NCBI GenBank assembly: GCA_015055815.1
Contig: SVHM01000004.1
Span: 12,025-76,024 of the forward strand
Reading direction: 5' to 3'
Origin: Clostridiales bacterium
GTDB lineage: Bacteria; Bacillota; Clostridia; Christensenellales; UBA1242
Length of the DNA: 64,000 nucleotides
Part shown: positions 38,443-48,154 of the stretch, piece by piece
Layout of the letters: the number at the start of each line of letters is the position of its first letter
How positions within the stretch are numbered: the stretch's first letter is position 1
Notes under the pieces: model-generated
The model's database searches: none
The model's input: only the letters and a program-made list of their open reading frames with translations
What the model was told of the DNA's origin: nothing
Position numbers and translations under genes: made by a program

Positions 38443-38476
38443 AAAAATTGGCATATTAAGTTATGCCAATTTTTTA
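38442..38476. terminator. Bidirectional terminator between the CDF gene and trxB
   Basis: AAAAAATTGGCATA / TATGCCAATTTTTT inverted repeat. Confidence 0.85.
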
Positions 38477-38495
38477 CGTTAAATATTATGCCTTT

Positions 38496-39398
38496 TTACA
38501 AAGTATTAATATAATTACAAGCAGATGTTCCAGCAACAGCACCATCACTTATAGCTGTTGTTACTTGTCTAACACCTTTTCTTCTTGTATCCCCTGCAAC
38601 AAATAATCCTGGAGTTCTAGTAGTAGTCGTTTCATCGCTATCGAAATATCCATCTTTTGTAAGGTCAGCAAGGTTTGCAAATTTTGCATTATCGGGTATT
38701 TGCCCTATTGCTACAAATAGTGGTGTGTTTTCTATAACAAATGTCTCTCCATTATTTTTCTCAAACTTAACACCTTGAAGTTCATCTTTTCCTATAAGCT
38801 CAATCGTTTTTGAGTTTTTTATAATTACTATGTTTTCCCTTTTCTCCACCGCTTTAACTAAGTTATCATCTCCGAAAAATTTATCAAACATAATAACTAA
38901 ATTTACTTTTTTACAAATATCACTAAGTAGCAGTGCATATTGAAGAGCTGTATTACCGTCACCTATTAATGTTACTTCTTTGCCAGTATAAAATGGACCA
39001 TCACAAAGTGCACAATAGTACACACCTTTACCAATTAAATCTTCTTCATTTGGTAGCCTTAATTTCCTATGTTTAACACCATTTGCAATAATTACCGCTT
39101 TGCTTTCATAGTTATTAAATTCACCTTGAACTTTGAAGTTATCATCTTTTTCAATCGCTAAAATATTATCAAACTCAAATTCCACACCAAGAGATGTAAT
39201 TTGTTCAAACAAATCTTCACTTAGTTTTGGTCCCGAGATTTCTTTGTAAGTTGGATAATTTTCAACTTTAGGTGACTGGGCAATTTGCCCACCTATACTA
39301 CTGCCTTCAATAAGTAAAACTTTTTTACCATTTCTTAAAGCGTAAAGTGCCGAAGTCATCCCCGACACTCCACCACCAATTACAATTATATCGTACAT
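38496..39398 (-). CDS. trxB: Thioredoxin-disulfide reductase
   Basis: GGGVSG, GGQI, ENYP, CALCDG, GDGNTA, FVAGD. Confidence 0.9.
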   Translation of the reverse strand: MYDIIVIGGGVSGMTSALYALRNGKKVLLIEGSSIGGQIAQSPKVENYPTYKEISGPKLSEDLFEQITSLGVEFEFDNILAIEKDDNFKVQGEFNNYESKAVIIANGVKHRKLRLPNEEDLIGKGVYYCALCDGPFYTGKEVTLIGDGNTALQYALLLSDICKKVNLVIMFDKFFGDDNLVKAVEKRENIVIIKNSKTIELIGKDELQGVKFEKNNGETFVIENTPLFVAIGQIPDNAKFANLADLTKDGYFDSDETTTTRTPGLFVAGDTRRKGVRQVTTAISDGAVAGTSACNYINTL

Positions 39399-41764
39399 TA
39401 TTTCTTTAATCCTTCAATGTATCTTTTAATATCACTCGCATTATCAAATACTTCTACACCATTTTTAGTTGGTACTAAAAGTGTTGGTGCTTTTTTAACA
39501 TTTAATTTATTTGTTAAATCTTTTTCTTCTTCTGCATCAACTGCCACATATTCAATGTTTGCTTTCTCTAGAAGCATTTTAACCATTTTACAATTAGGAC
39601 AAGTCTTTGTATAGAAAAGCATTATATTTTCTACATTTTGACTAGGCTTTGAACATTCACACTCACATTCTTCGTGTGTTCTTTTTAATTTACTTGTAGC
39701 AATTTCATATGTTTTTCTTTCTTTAAATTCTTGAGACTTACCGTCATTCCAGTTTTGAACTGGTCTATAATAACCAGTAATTCTACTATAAACTTCTGTT
39801 GTTGCTCCACATTCTGGACATTCATAATGTTCACCCGCTATATATCCGTGAGTTTTACATACCGAATATGTAGGAGACATTGTGTAATATGGAAGTTTAT
39901 AATTTTCAGCTATTTTTCTAACCAAATTCATTGTTGCTTGCCAGTTTTCAAGTTTTTCACCCAAGAATGCGTGGAATACTGTACCAGATGTATAAAGTGT
40001 TTGTAAATCATCTTGAATATCAAGTGCTTCAAAAATATCATCTGTATAACCAACAGGCAAATGTGAACTATTTGTATAATATGGTGCATTATCGTTTTGA
40101 GTAGCAGTGATGATATCTGGATATCTTTCTCTATCGTGCTTAGCAAGTCTAAATGAAGTACTTTCAGCAGGAGTTGCTTCTAAGTTATACAAATCTCCAT
40201 ATTTTTCTTGATAATCACTAAGCCTTTCTCTCATATGATTAAGAACTTTTTGAGTAAATTCTTGTGCTTTTTTATGTGTTAAATCTTCAGCAATCCAAAT
40301 AGCATTTAAACAAGCTTCGTTCATACCAACAAGTCCAATTGTTGAGAAGTGGTTGTCAAAGTTACCTAGATATCTCTTTGTATAAGGATACAAGCCAACT
40401 TCAAGAAGTTTTGTAATTACTTCTCTCTTTGTTTTTAATGACCTAGCCGAAATGTCCATCATTTTATCAAGTTTATCAAAGAACTCATCTTCTGTCTTAG
40501 ATTGATATGCTATTCTTGGCATATTAATTGTAACAACACCGACACTACCAGTACTTTCTCCCGAACCAAAGAAACCACCCGATTTCTTTCTTAGTTCTCT
40601 TAGGTCAAGTCTAAGTCTACAACACATACTTCTTACATCACTAGGTTCCATATCAGAATTGATATAATTAGAGAAGTATGGAGTACCATATTTAGTTGTC
40701 ATTTCAAATAAAAGTTTATTATTCTCAGTCTCAGACCAATCAAAATTACTAGTAATTGAATAAGTAGGAATTGGATATTGGAAGCCCCTACCATTAGCAT
40801 CACCTTCAATCATTATTTCAATGAAAGCTTTGTTAATCATATCCATTTCTTTCTTACAATCTTTGTATTTAAAGTTCTGCTCTTTACCACCAACAATAGC
40901 ATTTAATTCTGCCAAGTCATTTGGTACTACCCAGTCAAGAGTAATATTACTAAATGGTGCTTGAGTTCCCCATCTTGATGGAGTATTTACACCATACACA
41001 AAACTTTGAATACATTGTTTTACTTCTTTATATGTTAAATTATCAGCCTTAACAAATGGAGCAAGATAAGTATCAAAGCTTGAGAATGCTTGAGCACCCG
41101 CCCATTCATTTTGCATAATTCCAAGGAAATTAACCATTTGATTACAAAGTGTAGATAAGTGACTAGCCGGAGTAGAAGTAATCTTTCCCGGAACACCGCC
41201 AAGCCCTTCAAGAATTAATTGTTTAAGCGACCAACCAGCACAATAACCAGTAAGCATAGATAAGTCATGAATATGAATATCGGCATTCTTATGAGCATTT
41301 TCTATTTCTTTATCATAAACTTCACTTAACCAATAGTTTGCTGTAATAGCACCCGAGTTGCTAAGAATTAAGCCACCAACAGAATATGTAACAGTTGAAT
41401 TTTCTTTAACTCTCCAGTCGGCAAGATTAAGGTATTTGTCAACTGTAGACTTATAGTCCATCATAGTAGATTGAATGTTTCTTACTTTCTCATGATCTTT
41501 TCTATATATAATATATGCTTTTGCAACATTCTCATAACCGTTAGTCATAAGAACATTCTCAACCATATCTTGAATATCTTCAACTGTAGGAATTTTATCT
41601 TCAAACTTTTCAATTAAGTTAATTTCAGCAATCTTTGCCATCTTCTTACAGTCTTTGATTTCACCATCCCCTAGAGCAATCATTGCTTTGGCAATTGCAT
41701 TTTCAATCCTTCCAATATCATAGTCAACTAATTTTCCATCTCTTTTTCTTACTTTAGTAATCAT
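39398..41764 (-). CDS. nrdD: Class III ribonucleotide reductase with ATP-cone and C-terminal glutaredoxin/NrdH-like domain
   Basis: VRKRDG ATP cone, IHIHDL, SMCCRL, ATPAES, CxxH..CPEC, glycyl radical motif YSRITGYYRP, C-terminal TCPNC domain. Confidence 0.96.
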   Translation of the reverse strand: MITKVRKRDGKLVDYDIGRIENAIAKAMIALGDGEIKDCKKMAKIAEINLIEKFEDKIPTVEDIQDMVENVLMTNGYENVAKAYIIYRKDHEKVRNIQSTMMDYKSTVDKYLNLADWRVKENSTVTYSVGGLILSNSGAITANYWLSEVYDKEIENAHKNADIHIHDLSMLTGYCAGWSLKQLILEGLGGVPGKITSTPASHLSTLCNQMVNFLGIMQNEWAGAQAFSSFDTYLAPFVKADNLTYKEVKQCIQSFVYGVNTPSRWGTQAPFSNITLDWVVPNDLAELNAIVGGKEQNFKYKDCKKEMDMINKAFIEIMIEGDANGRGFQYPIPTYSITSNFDWSETENNKLLFEMTTKYGTPYFSNYINSDMEPSDVRSMCCRLRLDLRELRKKSGGFFGSGESTGSVGVVTINMPRIAYQSKTEDEFFDKLDKMMDISARSLKTKREVITKLLEVGLYPYTKRYLGNFDNHFSTIGLVGMNEACLNAIWIAEDLTHKKAQEFTQKVLNHMRERLSDYQEKYGDLYNLEATPAESTSFRLAKHDRERYPDIITATQNDNAPYYTNSSHLPVGYTDDIFEALDIQDDLQTLYTSGTVFHAFLGEKLENWQATMNLVRKIAENYKLPYYTMSPTYSVCKTHGYIAGEHYECPECGATTEVYSRITGYYRPVQNWNDGKSQEFKERKTYEIATSKLKRTHEECECECSKPSQNVENIMLFYTKTCPNCKMVKMLLEKANIEYVAVDAEEEKDLTNKLNVKKAPTLLVPTKNGVEVFDNASDIKRYIEGLKK

Positions 41765-41785
41765 AATTATCTCCTTTAAAGAAAC

Positions 41786-41866
41786 TTTCTATATTTAGTA
41801 CAACCGCCAAAAGCGAAATAGCATATCTTGTGGTTGTTAATTTTAGTCTAACACTATATATTGTGG
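41786..41866 (-). promoter_or_regulatory. Three tandem NrdR boxes
   Basis: ACACTATATATTGTGG (41851-41866), ATAGCATATCTTGTGG (41818-41833) and weaker TTTCTATATTTAGTAC (41786-41801), 32-33 bp apart, upstream of nrdD. Confidence 0.85.
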
Positions 41867-42180
41867 TTGTCAAAAGAAAAATACATCTTTTGAAAAATTT
41901 TAAAAAAATAAAAATTTTGACAATTTAATCAAAATTACGATAAATTTCTTGACACACATAACTCAACACATAAGACAAAACTTTCTTTTAACATACTTTC
42001 TGTCAGAAACAATAATGATTAAAGACAATACCGACCATTTAATAGTTACATCCACCCACAAAAACCATACTTTGAAAAGTCAAACTATATTATTTCATAA
42101 CTAGTAGTAAAATATAAAAAAGTCGTTATTAAATTATAACGACACTTCAAAAATAAAAAAACGGATGCATTATCCGCTTT

Positions 42181-43071
42181 CTAAACACCACTAAATATAG
42201 CTTTAGCACCCATAATCCCCGCTTCATTTTTAAGTACCGCTGGAACTATATCGACCTTATCGCTATTTTTATATCCATATTTTAAAGTATAACACTTGTC
42301 TTTAACTATTTTTATAATTTCTGGCACATACGATATCCCGCCACCAATTACAATTTTCTTTGGTCTAAAGATATTACAAAAGTTTAGTACGCCATCTGCC
42401 AAATAATCGGTATATTCATCAATTATTTTTTTAGCAACACTTTCTCCCCTTTTATACCTTTCATAAATCATTTCAGCAGACAAATCATTATAATCAATTG
42501 TATCTGCATACTTATCTCTAGCCATATTAAGAAGTGCTTTATAAGAAACATACTGTTCTAAACAGCCTTTTCTTCCACAATTACAATCTTTGCCATTATG
42601 AATTAATGTTGTGTGTCCTAGTTCTGAATATCCACGACCACTTTCATATAGTTTGTTATTAATAATAATTCCGCCACCAACTCCCGTACCAATTGTAAGA
42701 AGTATCATACTATCAACCTTATCTTCCGAACAAAAATATTCGCCAAGCACCGCCATGTCTCCATCATTTCTAACAACAACAGGCATTCCCAATTCTTTTT
42801 CAATAATATCTTTAAGTGGTACATTTTTTAGTTGCAAATTAACACTCTCAACCACAACTCCATTTTCAACAATTCCAGGACAACCTATGCCAACTCCTTT
42901 AACTTGAGCTTTATCAATATTGTTTTTAGTAATAATATTCTCTATTAAACTTGTTACCTGTTTAACTAAATCAAAAGTATTAGTAGGAGAAACTATCTTG
43001 TCTACTATTTTATCATTTATTAAACCAACTTTAACATTAGTCCCGCCAATGTCCACACCTATTATATACAT
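42181..43071 (-). CDS. ROK-family sugar kinase (glucokinase-like)
   Basis: GVDIGGT, GCPG, ND, TIGTGVGGG, ELGH, CNCGRKGCLE; AGGAG RBS before ATG at 43071. Confidence 0.9.
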   Translation of the reverse strand: MYIIGVDIGGTNVKVGLINDKIVDKIVSPTNTFDLVKQVTSLIENIITKNNIDKAQVKGVGIGCPGIVENGVVVESVNLQLKNVPLKDIIEKELGMPVVVRNDGDMAVLGEYFCSEDKVDSMILLTIGTGVGGGIIINNKLYESGRGYSELGHTTLIHNGKDCNCGRKGCLEQYVSYKALLNMARDKYADTIDYNDLSAEMIYERYKRGESVAKKIIDEYTDYLADGVLNFCNIFRPKKIVIGGGISYVPEIIKIVKDKCYTLKYGYKNSDKVDIVPAVLKNEAGIMGAKAIFSGV

Positions 43072-43078
43072 AATTCTC

Positions 43079-44314
43079 CTATGCAACCATTTCTTTTCTG
43101 TAATATGACATAGCAACATAATCATATATTGCCACTTGTGAAGCTTCTTCTACTCCACCACCCGCAACAACTTTTCCTTCGCCATCAATATTATTCTTGC
43201 TTACATCTTCATTATCCATTTCAAAACTCATAGCACCATCACTAGCAATAGATAAAGTAATATGTCCATTTGTATCATTCCTGAATACATTTATACCACC
43301 ATCTTCATATCCATATAGATAGTTTAATGTTTCGATATCTGGATGACCATGTGTATTATCTTCACCACATTGAATAATTGCCACTTCCGGATCAAGTGCT
43401 TTTAAAAATTCTTCAGTAGTCGAAGTTTTACTTCCATGATGACCTACTTTTAATACATCTATATTATTATCATCTCCATATACATCCAAATATTCTTTAA
43501 TAACTGCTTTTTCTGCATCCCCAGTAAACAATACTTTTCTATTTGCATATTCAAGCATAAGAAGTGGAGAGTTGTTATTAACATCTGAATACGAAATCTT
43601 ATCTCTATCAGCAACAGGAGTTAAAAAATCAAAAGAATATGCGGTAGATTTTTCTGGAGAAACTATATAATTTTTAAAGTCACTATCTTTATTAAATATT
43701 TCTGTTGGAGCCTTGCTATTATATGCGCTAATCATAAAATTGGCATAGTTATCATTAGTTGCAATTGCACTACCTAGAACTAGATTATTAAACTCCATTG
43801 GAATATCTTTTACCAAAACATCATTACAAAATGTTGCTGGTCTAAAAATATATTTAACTTTGTAATTGTTAATTACCCAAGACATATTTGCCGAATGGTC
43901 ACTATCTGAATGTGTAAGCAAAACATAATCAAATGTATCTATTTTATTTTCGTCAGTAAAAGCCTTTATTGTATCCCTAGGAGTTATAGTCCCACTTCTT
44001 TCATCTGTATAGCTATCGTCACCACTATCAATAATCATATTTTTATTATCTGGGAATTGAATTATGATACAATCGCCTTGACCCACATCTAAAAAGTTAA
44101 TCTTTAAATCTTCAAGGGTTTCAACATGAGTGGTCATTTCTCCCGCTTCATAAATTTCTTTTTGATCTTTTTGAAGAAGTTGATTTAACCAACCAAGATA
44201 ATAAGCAACAACTACTGCAATAATAGCGATTAATACAACAGCAACTACAATTTTCCAATATTTTTTCGCAGTGTTATTTAGTGTTTGTTTTTCTTTCTTT
44301 GTTAATTTAGCCAT
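43079..44314 (-). CDS. Membrane-anchored ComEC/Rec2-type metallo-beta-lactamase-fold nuclease (MBL domain only)
   Basis: FLDVGQGD, THSDSDH, NNNS, FTGD, KVGHHGS, HGHP, RND..G; single N-terminal TM. Confidence 0.9.
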   Translation of the reverse strand: MAKLTKKEKQTLNNTAKKYWKIVVAVVLIAIIAVVVAYYLGWLNQLLQKDQKEIYEAGEMTTHVETLEDLKINFLDVGQGDCIIIQFPDNKNMIIDSGDDSYTDERSGTITPRDTIKAFTDENKIDTFDYVLLTHSDSDHSANMSWVINNYKVKYIFRPATFCNDVLVKDIPMEFNNLVLGSAIATNDNYANFMISAYNSKAPTEIFNKDSDFKNYIVSPEKSTAYSFDFLTPVADRDKISYSDVNNNSPLLMLEYANRKVLFTGDAEKAVIKEYLDVYGDDNNIDVLKVGHHGSKTSTTEEFLKALDPEVAIIQCGEDNTHGHPDIETLNYLYGYEDGGINVFRNDTNGHITLSIASDGAMSFEMDNEDVSKNNIDGEGKVVAGGGVEEASQVAIYDYVAMSYYRKEMVA

Positions 44315-44500
44315 ACTTACCTACTTTAATTTATATATAAAATATTATTCTAAATAATTGATATTTTGTCAAGAATATTTGGGTATCAATTAAAATTATA
44401 GTAAAAACAAATGTACATTTGTGCATATATTAAAATAAATTAAATTAATTTACTTTGAGTTTGAGAAATTTAAAAGTATAATATATAAAAAAGCAAAGGA

Positions 44501-45412
44501 ATGAAAATGAAAAAAACAGTAATATTAGATGTAGATACAGGTATTGATGACGCAGTTGCAATTGCAATGGCTGTATATTCAAACAAACTAAACGTAAAAT
44601 TAATTACAACAATTTGCGGAAACTTAAGTGTAAACGAAGTGACAAAAAATACACTTAATTTCCTTCATGCAATTGGGAAGCCAAATATCCCAGTCGCAGT
44701 TGGTGAAAACAAACCATTAGAAAGAGAAAAAGACGATAGTATTCAAGCACATGGTAAGAAAGGCCTTGGCAATTTCAAATTCCCAAAACACAATTTAAAA
44801 CCAATTAAAATGGGTGCAGTTGAGAAAATGTATGAAGTTATCATGAAGTCAAAAACTCAAACTGTTATAATCGCATTAGGTCCACTTACAAATGTAGCAA
44901 GACTTCTACTTGAACACCCTGACGCAATGGAAAAAATTGAATATATTTTAATAAGTGGCGGACTACTTCATGATAGCAAGAAAAATCCATACTTGGGATT
45001 TAATGTAATGCAAGACCCTGAAGCTGCTAGATATGTTATGAAAAGTGGCGAAAAAATAATTGTTTGCCCTAGCAACCATGGACATACTGCTTATCTTACT
45101 CCAGAAGAAGTAGAAGAGACAAGGCTTACAAACAAAACTGGTGAAATGCTTGAATATATTTTCCGTTCATATAAGGATAGACACGTTAAAGTTGGAATTG
45201 CAACACACGACCCTTGTGCAGTTATGTATGTAGCACATCCTGAAATTTTTAAAAAAGAACTTATGTATGTTCATATAAGATTTTTACAAAAACAACAAAC
45301 TGGTGTAATTGATTTTGATACAAATCATGAGCCAAATACAAAAGTTGCAACAGAAATAAATGTAAAGAAATTTAAGAAACTTTATTTCAACACACTTAAG
45401 AAAATGCCATAA
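44501..45412 (+). CDS. Nucleoside hydrolase (IUNH/Rih family)
   Basis: DVDTGIDDA, CGN, HG..GLG, LGPLTNVA, FNV..DPEAA, HDP. Confidence 0.92.
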   Translation: MKMKKTVILDVDTGIDDAVAIAMAVYSNKLNVKLITTICGNLSVNEVTKNTLNFLHAIGKPNIPVAVGENKPLEREKDDSIQAHGKKGLGNFKFPKHNLKPIKMGAVEKMYEVIMKSKTQTVIIALGPLTNVARLLLEHPDAMEKIEYILISGGLLHDSKKNPYLGFNVMQDPEAARYVMKSGEKIIVCPSNHGHTAYLTPEEVEETRLTNKTGEMLEYIFRSYKDRHVKVGIATHDPCAVMYVAHPEIFKKELMYVHIRFLQKQQTGVIDFDTNHEPNTKVATEINVKKFKKLYFNTLKKMP

Positions 45413-45481
45413 GAAAAAGCATATTAAGATATTTTTAATTAATATTTTAATATGCTTTTTTGTTTTTAATATTTATAAAAA

Positions 45482-47443
45482 TTATCTTCCACCGAACGAT
45501 GCGCCACCACCACCGCCACCAGAAAATCCACCGCCAGAAAATCCGCCCGAGCCACCCGAACTATTCGACATTTTCGTAGCACGACTTTCATTAACAAAGG
45601 TAGTTAGTTTTGTGTCTAGCCCACGACAAATATACGCTAGACAAATTACATCAAATGTAGGAGCTGTCCACCATTCTGGTGGTTCAATTACGAAACCTTC
45701 AAATTTTCTTATCCATACATCACTAATACCCAAAACATATGCGTATGGCAAAATATCATAATAAACTTTTGGGTTTTCCATAACTAACATTTTTAGTTTA
45801 TCTTTTTCTACCATTTGAATGTATCTCGCCACACCCCTTACTACTTGAACATTTTTAATAGCATCATAATTCATTTTTTTGTATACCGGAATAGAACTAA
45901 TAATTGTCGCAACAGCAGTACAAATCAAATAAACAATATGACCTTCAAACAATTTAAATTCAAGCAAACATGTAAGCGAAACAAACCCAAACAAGACTGC
46001 AATTATAATGTAAAACACTATCTTCAAAGCCTTAGTATGCATTGTTTGTTTTGTCCTTGTAATCACACAAAGCCCAACAGTTAGTAATACAAGCGGTGAT
46101 ACCATTTCCGATACGAACCCCAATAGATATACACTTTGAAATAAGAATAAAAGTACTGGAGCTATTAACAACATACAATCAATAATACCCGAAAATACTA
46201 CATTGCTTGTAGATTTTTTCGTATATGACGATTTTGCATAAGCCCTTTGACAAGACATTTTGAACGAACGCAAATCTTCATAATCACCCATATCTAGTTC
46301 ATCAAAAGCAATTTCACTTCTACCATGAAACAATTTATTAAACAAAACTTTAGTTTTTTCATGAAAATTATTTGGCAAATCTTTTAATTTTACTATTTTA
46401 ACTGGAGTAAATTCTTTTCCTTCAGTTTCTATTTTTAAATACCCTTTGTTCGCAAGATATATGATTGTTGCACCAAAAGACTTTTTACTAACAACATCAG
46501 AGTAATATAGTTCTGCTTGGTGTGGCAACATCTCTGGCATCTCAATTTCAACAGGAACAATAATATGTTCTTTTTTACAAACAAATTTAAAAATAACTGC
46601 TATAATACCCAATGCCACAACACAACCAATCATAATCTTTAGAAAAATCTTATCATTTTCTACTTCTACAAAATAATCATCTGCTAAAAGATGTCTATAT
46701 GTAAGAGCATTACCCGCACCTAAACTTATTGGCGATTTTGAATATATTGTTTTACCTTGAATATCAAAATCTGCGTATGTTGTAGTAGAACCGATTTCCC
46801 CACAATAAAAATATGGCACAAACTCTTTTTCGTCAAAACTCTTTGGTAAATTAATTTTAAACGATACATTGTCAATGTCAATAGAAGTTTCACTCAACAA
46901 ATTTAAATAAATTTCATCAAAACCATTTTCATATTCAAATGTCATATCATAATCAAATGAAACTTTATAACTTCTAACTTCACCCATTTCATAGTAGTTA
47001 GAGTTATACACGCCAAAAGTTACATGGTCAGAAATTTCATCAACATAAAATTCTAAACTTTCATTTCCTTCTTGACCTTTTTCCAAATAATAGTTTGTCA
47101 CTTTTGCAATATAATCAACCGTTTCTTTTACGCCATCATTATTGCTATCTTTGTACATAACACCTTTATATGGATAGTAAAAGAAGAATTCAGAAATATA
47201 AGGCACATTGGCACATACGTCAAAGTCATAAGTAATTGTCATTGAACTATCTTCTTTTACATCAATTTGGATATCCATTCTACTATAATTCACATCATCT
47301 TTAAATTCAGTCTCAAAAATAAATTCATCATCAACTTCATCCGCACCAACAACCAAGCTAGATGAATAGAAAAATGAGCTAGTAAGAACTAGCCCCAAAA
47401 CTATTAATATTATCTTAAATATATTTGTTTTTATTTTTGTCAT
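45482..47443 (-). CDS. DUF2207-family membrane protein
   Basis: LANKGYL, LPYAYVLG..W..KF, Gly-rich GGFSGGG tail; follows lemA. Confidence 0.85.
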   Translation of the reverse strand: MTKIKTNIFKIILIVLGLVLTSSFFYSSSLVVGADEVDDEFIFETEFKDDVNYSRMDIQIDVKEDSSMTITYDFDVCANVPYISEFFFYYPYKGVMYKDSNNDGVKETVDYIAKVTNYYLEKGQEGNESLEFYVDEISDHVTFGVYNSNYYEMGEVRSYKVSFDYDMTFEYENGFDEIYLNLLSETSIDIDNVSFKINLPKSFDEKEFVPYFYCGEIGSTTTYADFDIQGKTIYSKSPISLGAGNALTYRHLLADDYFVEVENDKIFLKIMIGCVVALGIIAVIFKFVCKKEHIIVPVEIEMPEMLPHQAELYYSDVVSKKSFGATIIYLANKGYLKIETEGKEFTPVKIVKLKDLPNNFHEKTKVLFNKLFHGRSEIAFDELDMGDYEDLRSFKMSCQRAYAKSSYTKKSTSNVVFSGIIDCMLLIAPVLLFLFQSVYLLGFVSEMVSPLVLLTVGLCVITRTKQTMHTKALKIVFYIIIAVLFGFVSLTCLLEFKLFEGHIVYLICTAVATIISSIPVYKKMNYDAIKNVQVVRGVARYIQMVEKDKLKMLVMENPKVYYDILPYAYVLGISDVWIRKFEGFVIEPPEWWTAPTFDVICLAYICRGLDTKLTTFVNESRATKMSNSSGGSGGFSGGGFSGGGGGGASFGGR

Positions 47444-47444
47444 A

Positions 47445-48008
47445 TTAAAATTGAACCTTGACGTTTTTTCTTTCAGCTTCTGAAATTTCAAAAAACACTT
47501 CTTTCTTATAACCTTTTCTTCTTGCAACAATACTGCTTGGGAATAACATAACTAAATTGTTAAAGTCTTTTACACAAGCATTATAATATTTTCTGCTATT
47601 TGCAATTTTAGCTTCAATATTAGTAAGTTGATTTTGCAAATCTAAAAAGTTTGTATTAGCTTTAAGGTCTGGATAATTTTCAGTAAGAGCAAGAAGTCTA
47701 CTTACAATACTCGAAAGTTCTCCTTCAGCTTTTGCTTTTTCTTCCATAGTTGTAGCAGACAATGCTTTATTTCTGCAATCAATAACGCCAGTCAAAGTAT
47801 CTTTTTCATGTTTCATATATCCCTTAACTGTCTCAACAAGATTTGGAACTAAGTCATATCTCTCCTTCATTTGAACGTCCATTGTAGAAAAAGCTTCTTC
47901 AATATTATTTTTCTTTCTAATAAGTGTATTAGCAGTAGATATGTACCATAAAATTATAGCTAGCACCAAAACCCCTGCTATTATACCAACCCAACCAAGT
48001 GTAGTCAT
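47445..48008 (-). CDS. lemA: LemA-family protein
   Basis: RYDLVPNLVETVKGY, ENYPDLKAN, RKYYN, FPS. Confidence 0.95.
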   Translation of the reverse strand: MTTLGWVGIIAGVLVLAIILWYISTANTLIRKKNNIEEAFSTMDVQMKERYDLVPNLVETVKGYMKHEKDTLTGVIDCRNKALSATTMEEKAKAEGELSSIVSRLLALTENYPDLKANTNFLDLQNQLTNIEAKIANSRKYYNACVKDFNNLVMLFPSSIVARRKGYKKEVFFEISEAERKNVKVQF

Positions 48009-48154
48009 TTTTCAATCTCCTTTGTATTTTATTATTGTAAGTATATCAAATAAAATTAATTTTTGTAAAATGTTTTTAATAATTATTTATTAGAATATTA
48101 TTTTATAATATTAAAACCAAAAAAGTTGACAATTATTTCATGTCAACTTTTCTT

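Noticed and set aside
41880-42165. ~290-bp intergenic gap as a possible ncRNA or small ORF
   Set aside because: Only terminator-like hairpins at the right end; no RBS-backed ORF or recognisable RNA motif
43079-44314. Full ComEC DNA-uptake channel
   Set aside because: Only the MBL domain and one TM are present; the multi-TM Competence domain is missing
45484-45562. GC-rich CCACCGCC repeats
   Set aside because: They encode the normal GGFSGGG tail of DUF2207 proteins
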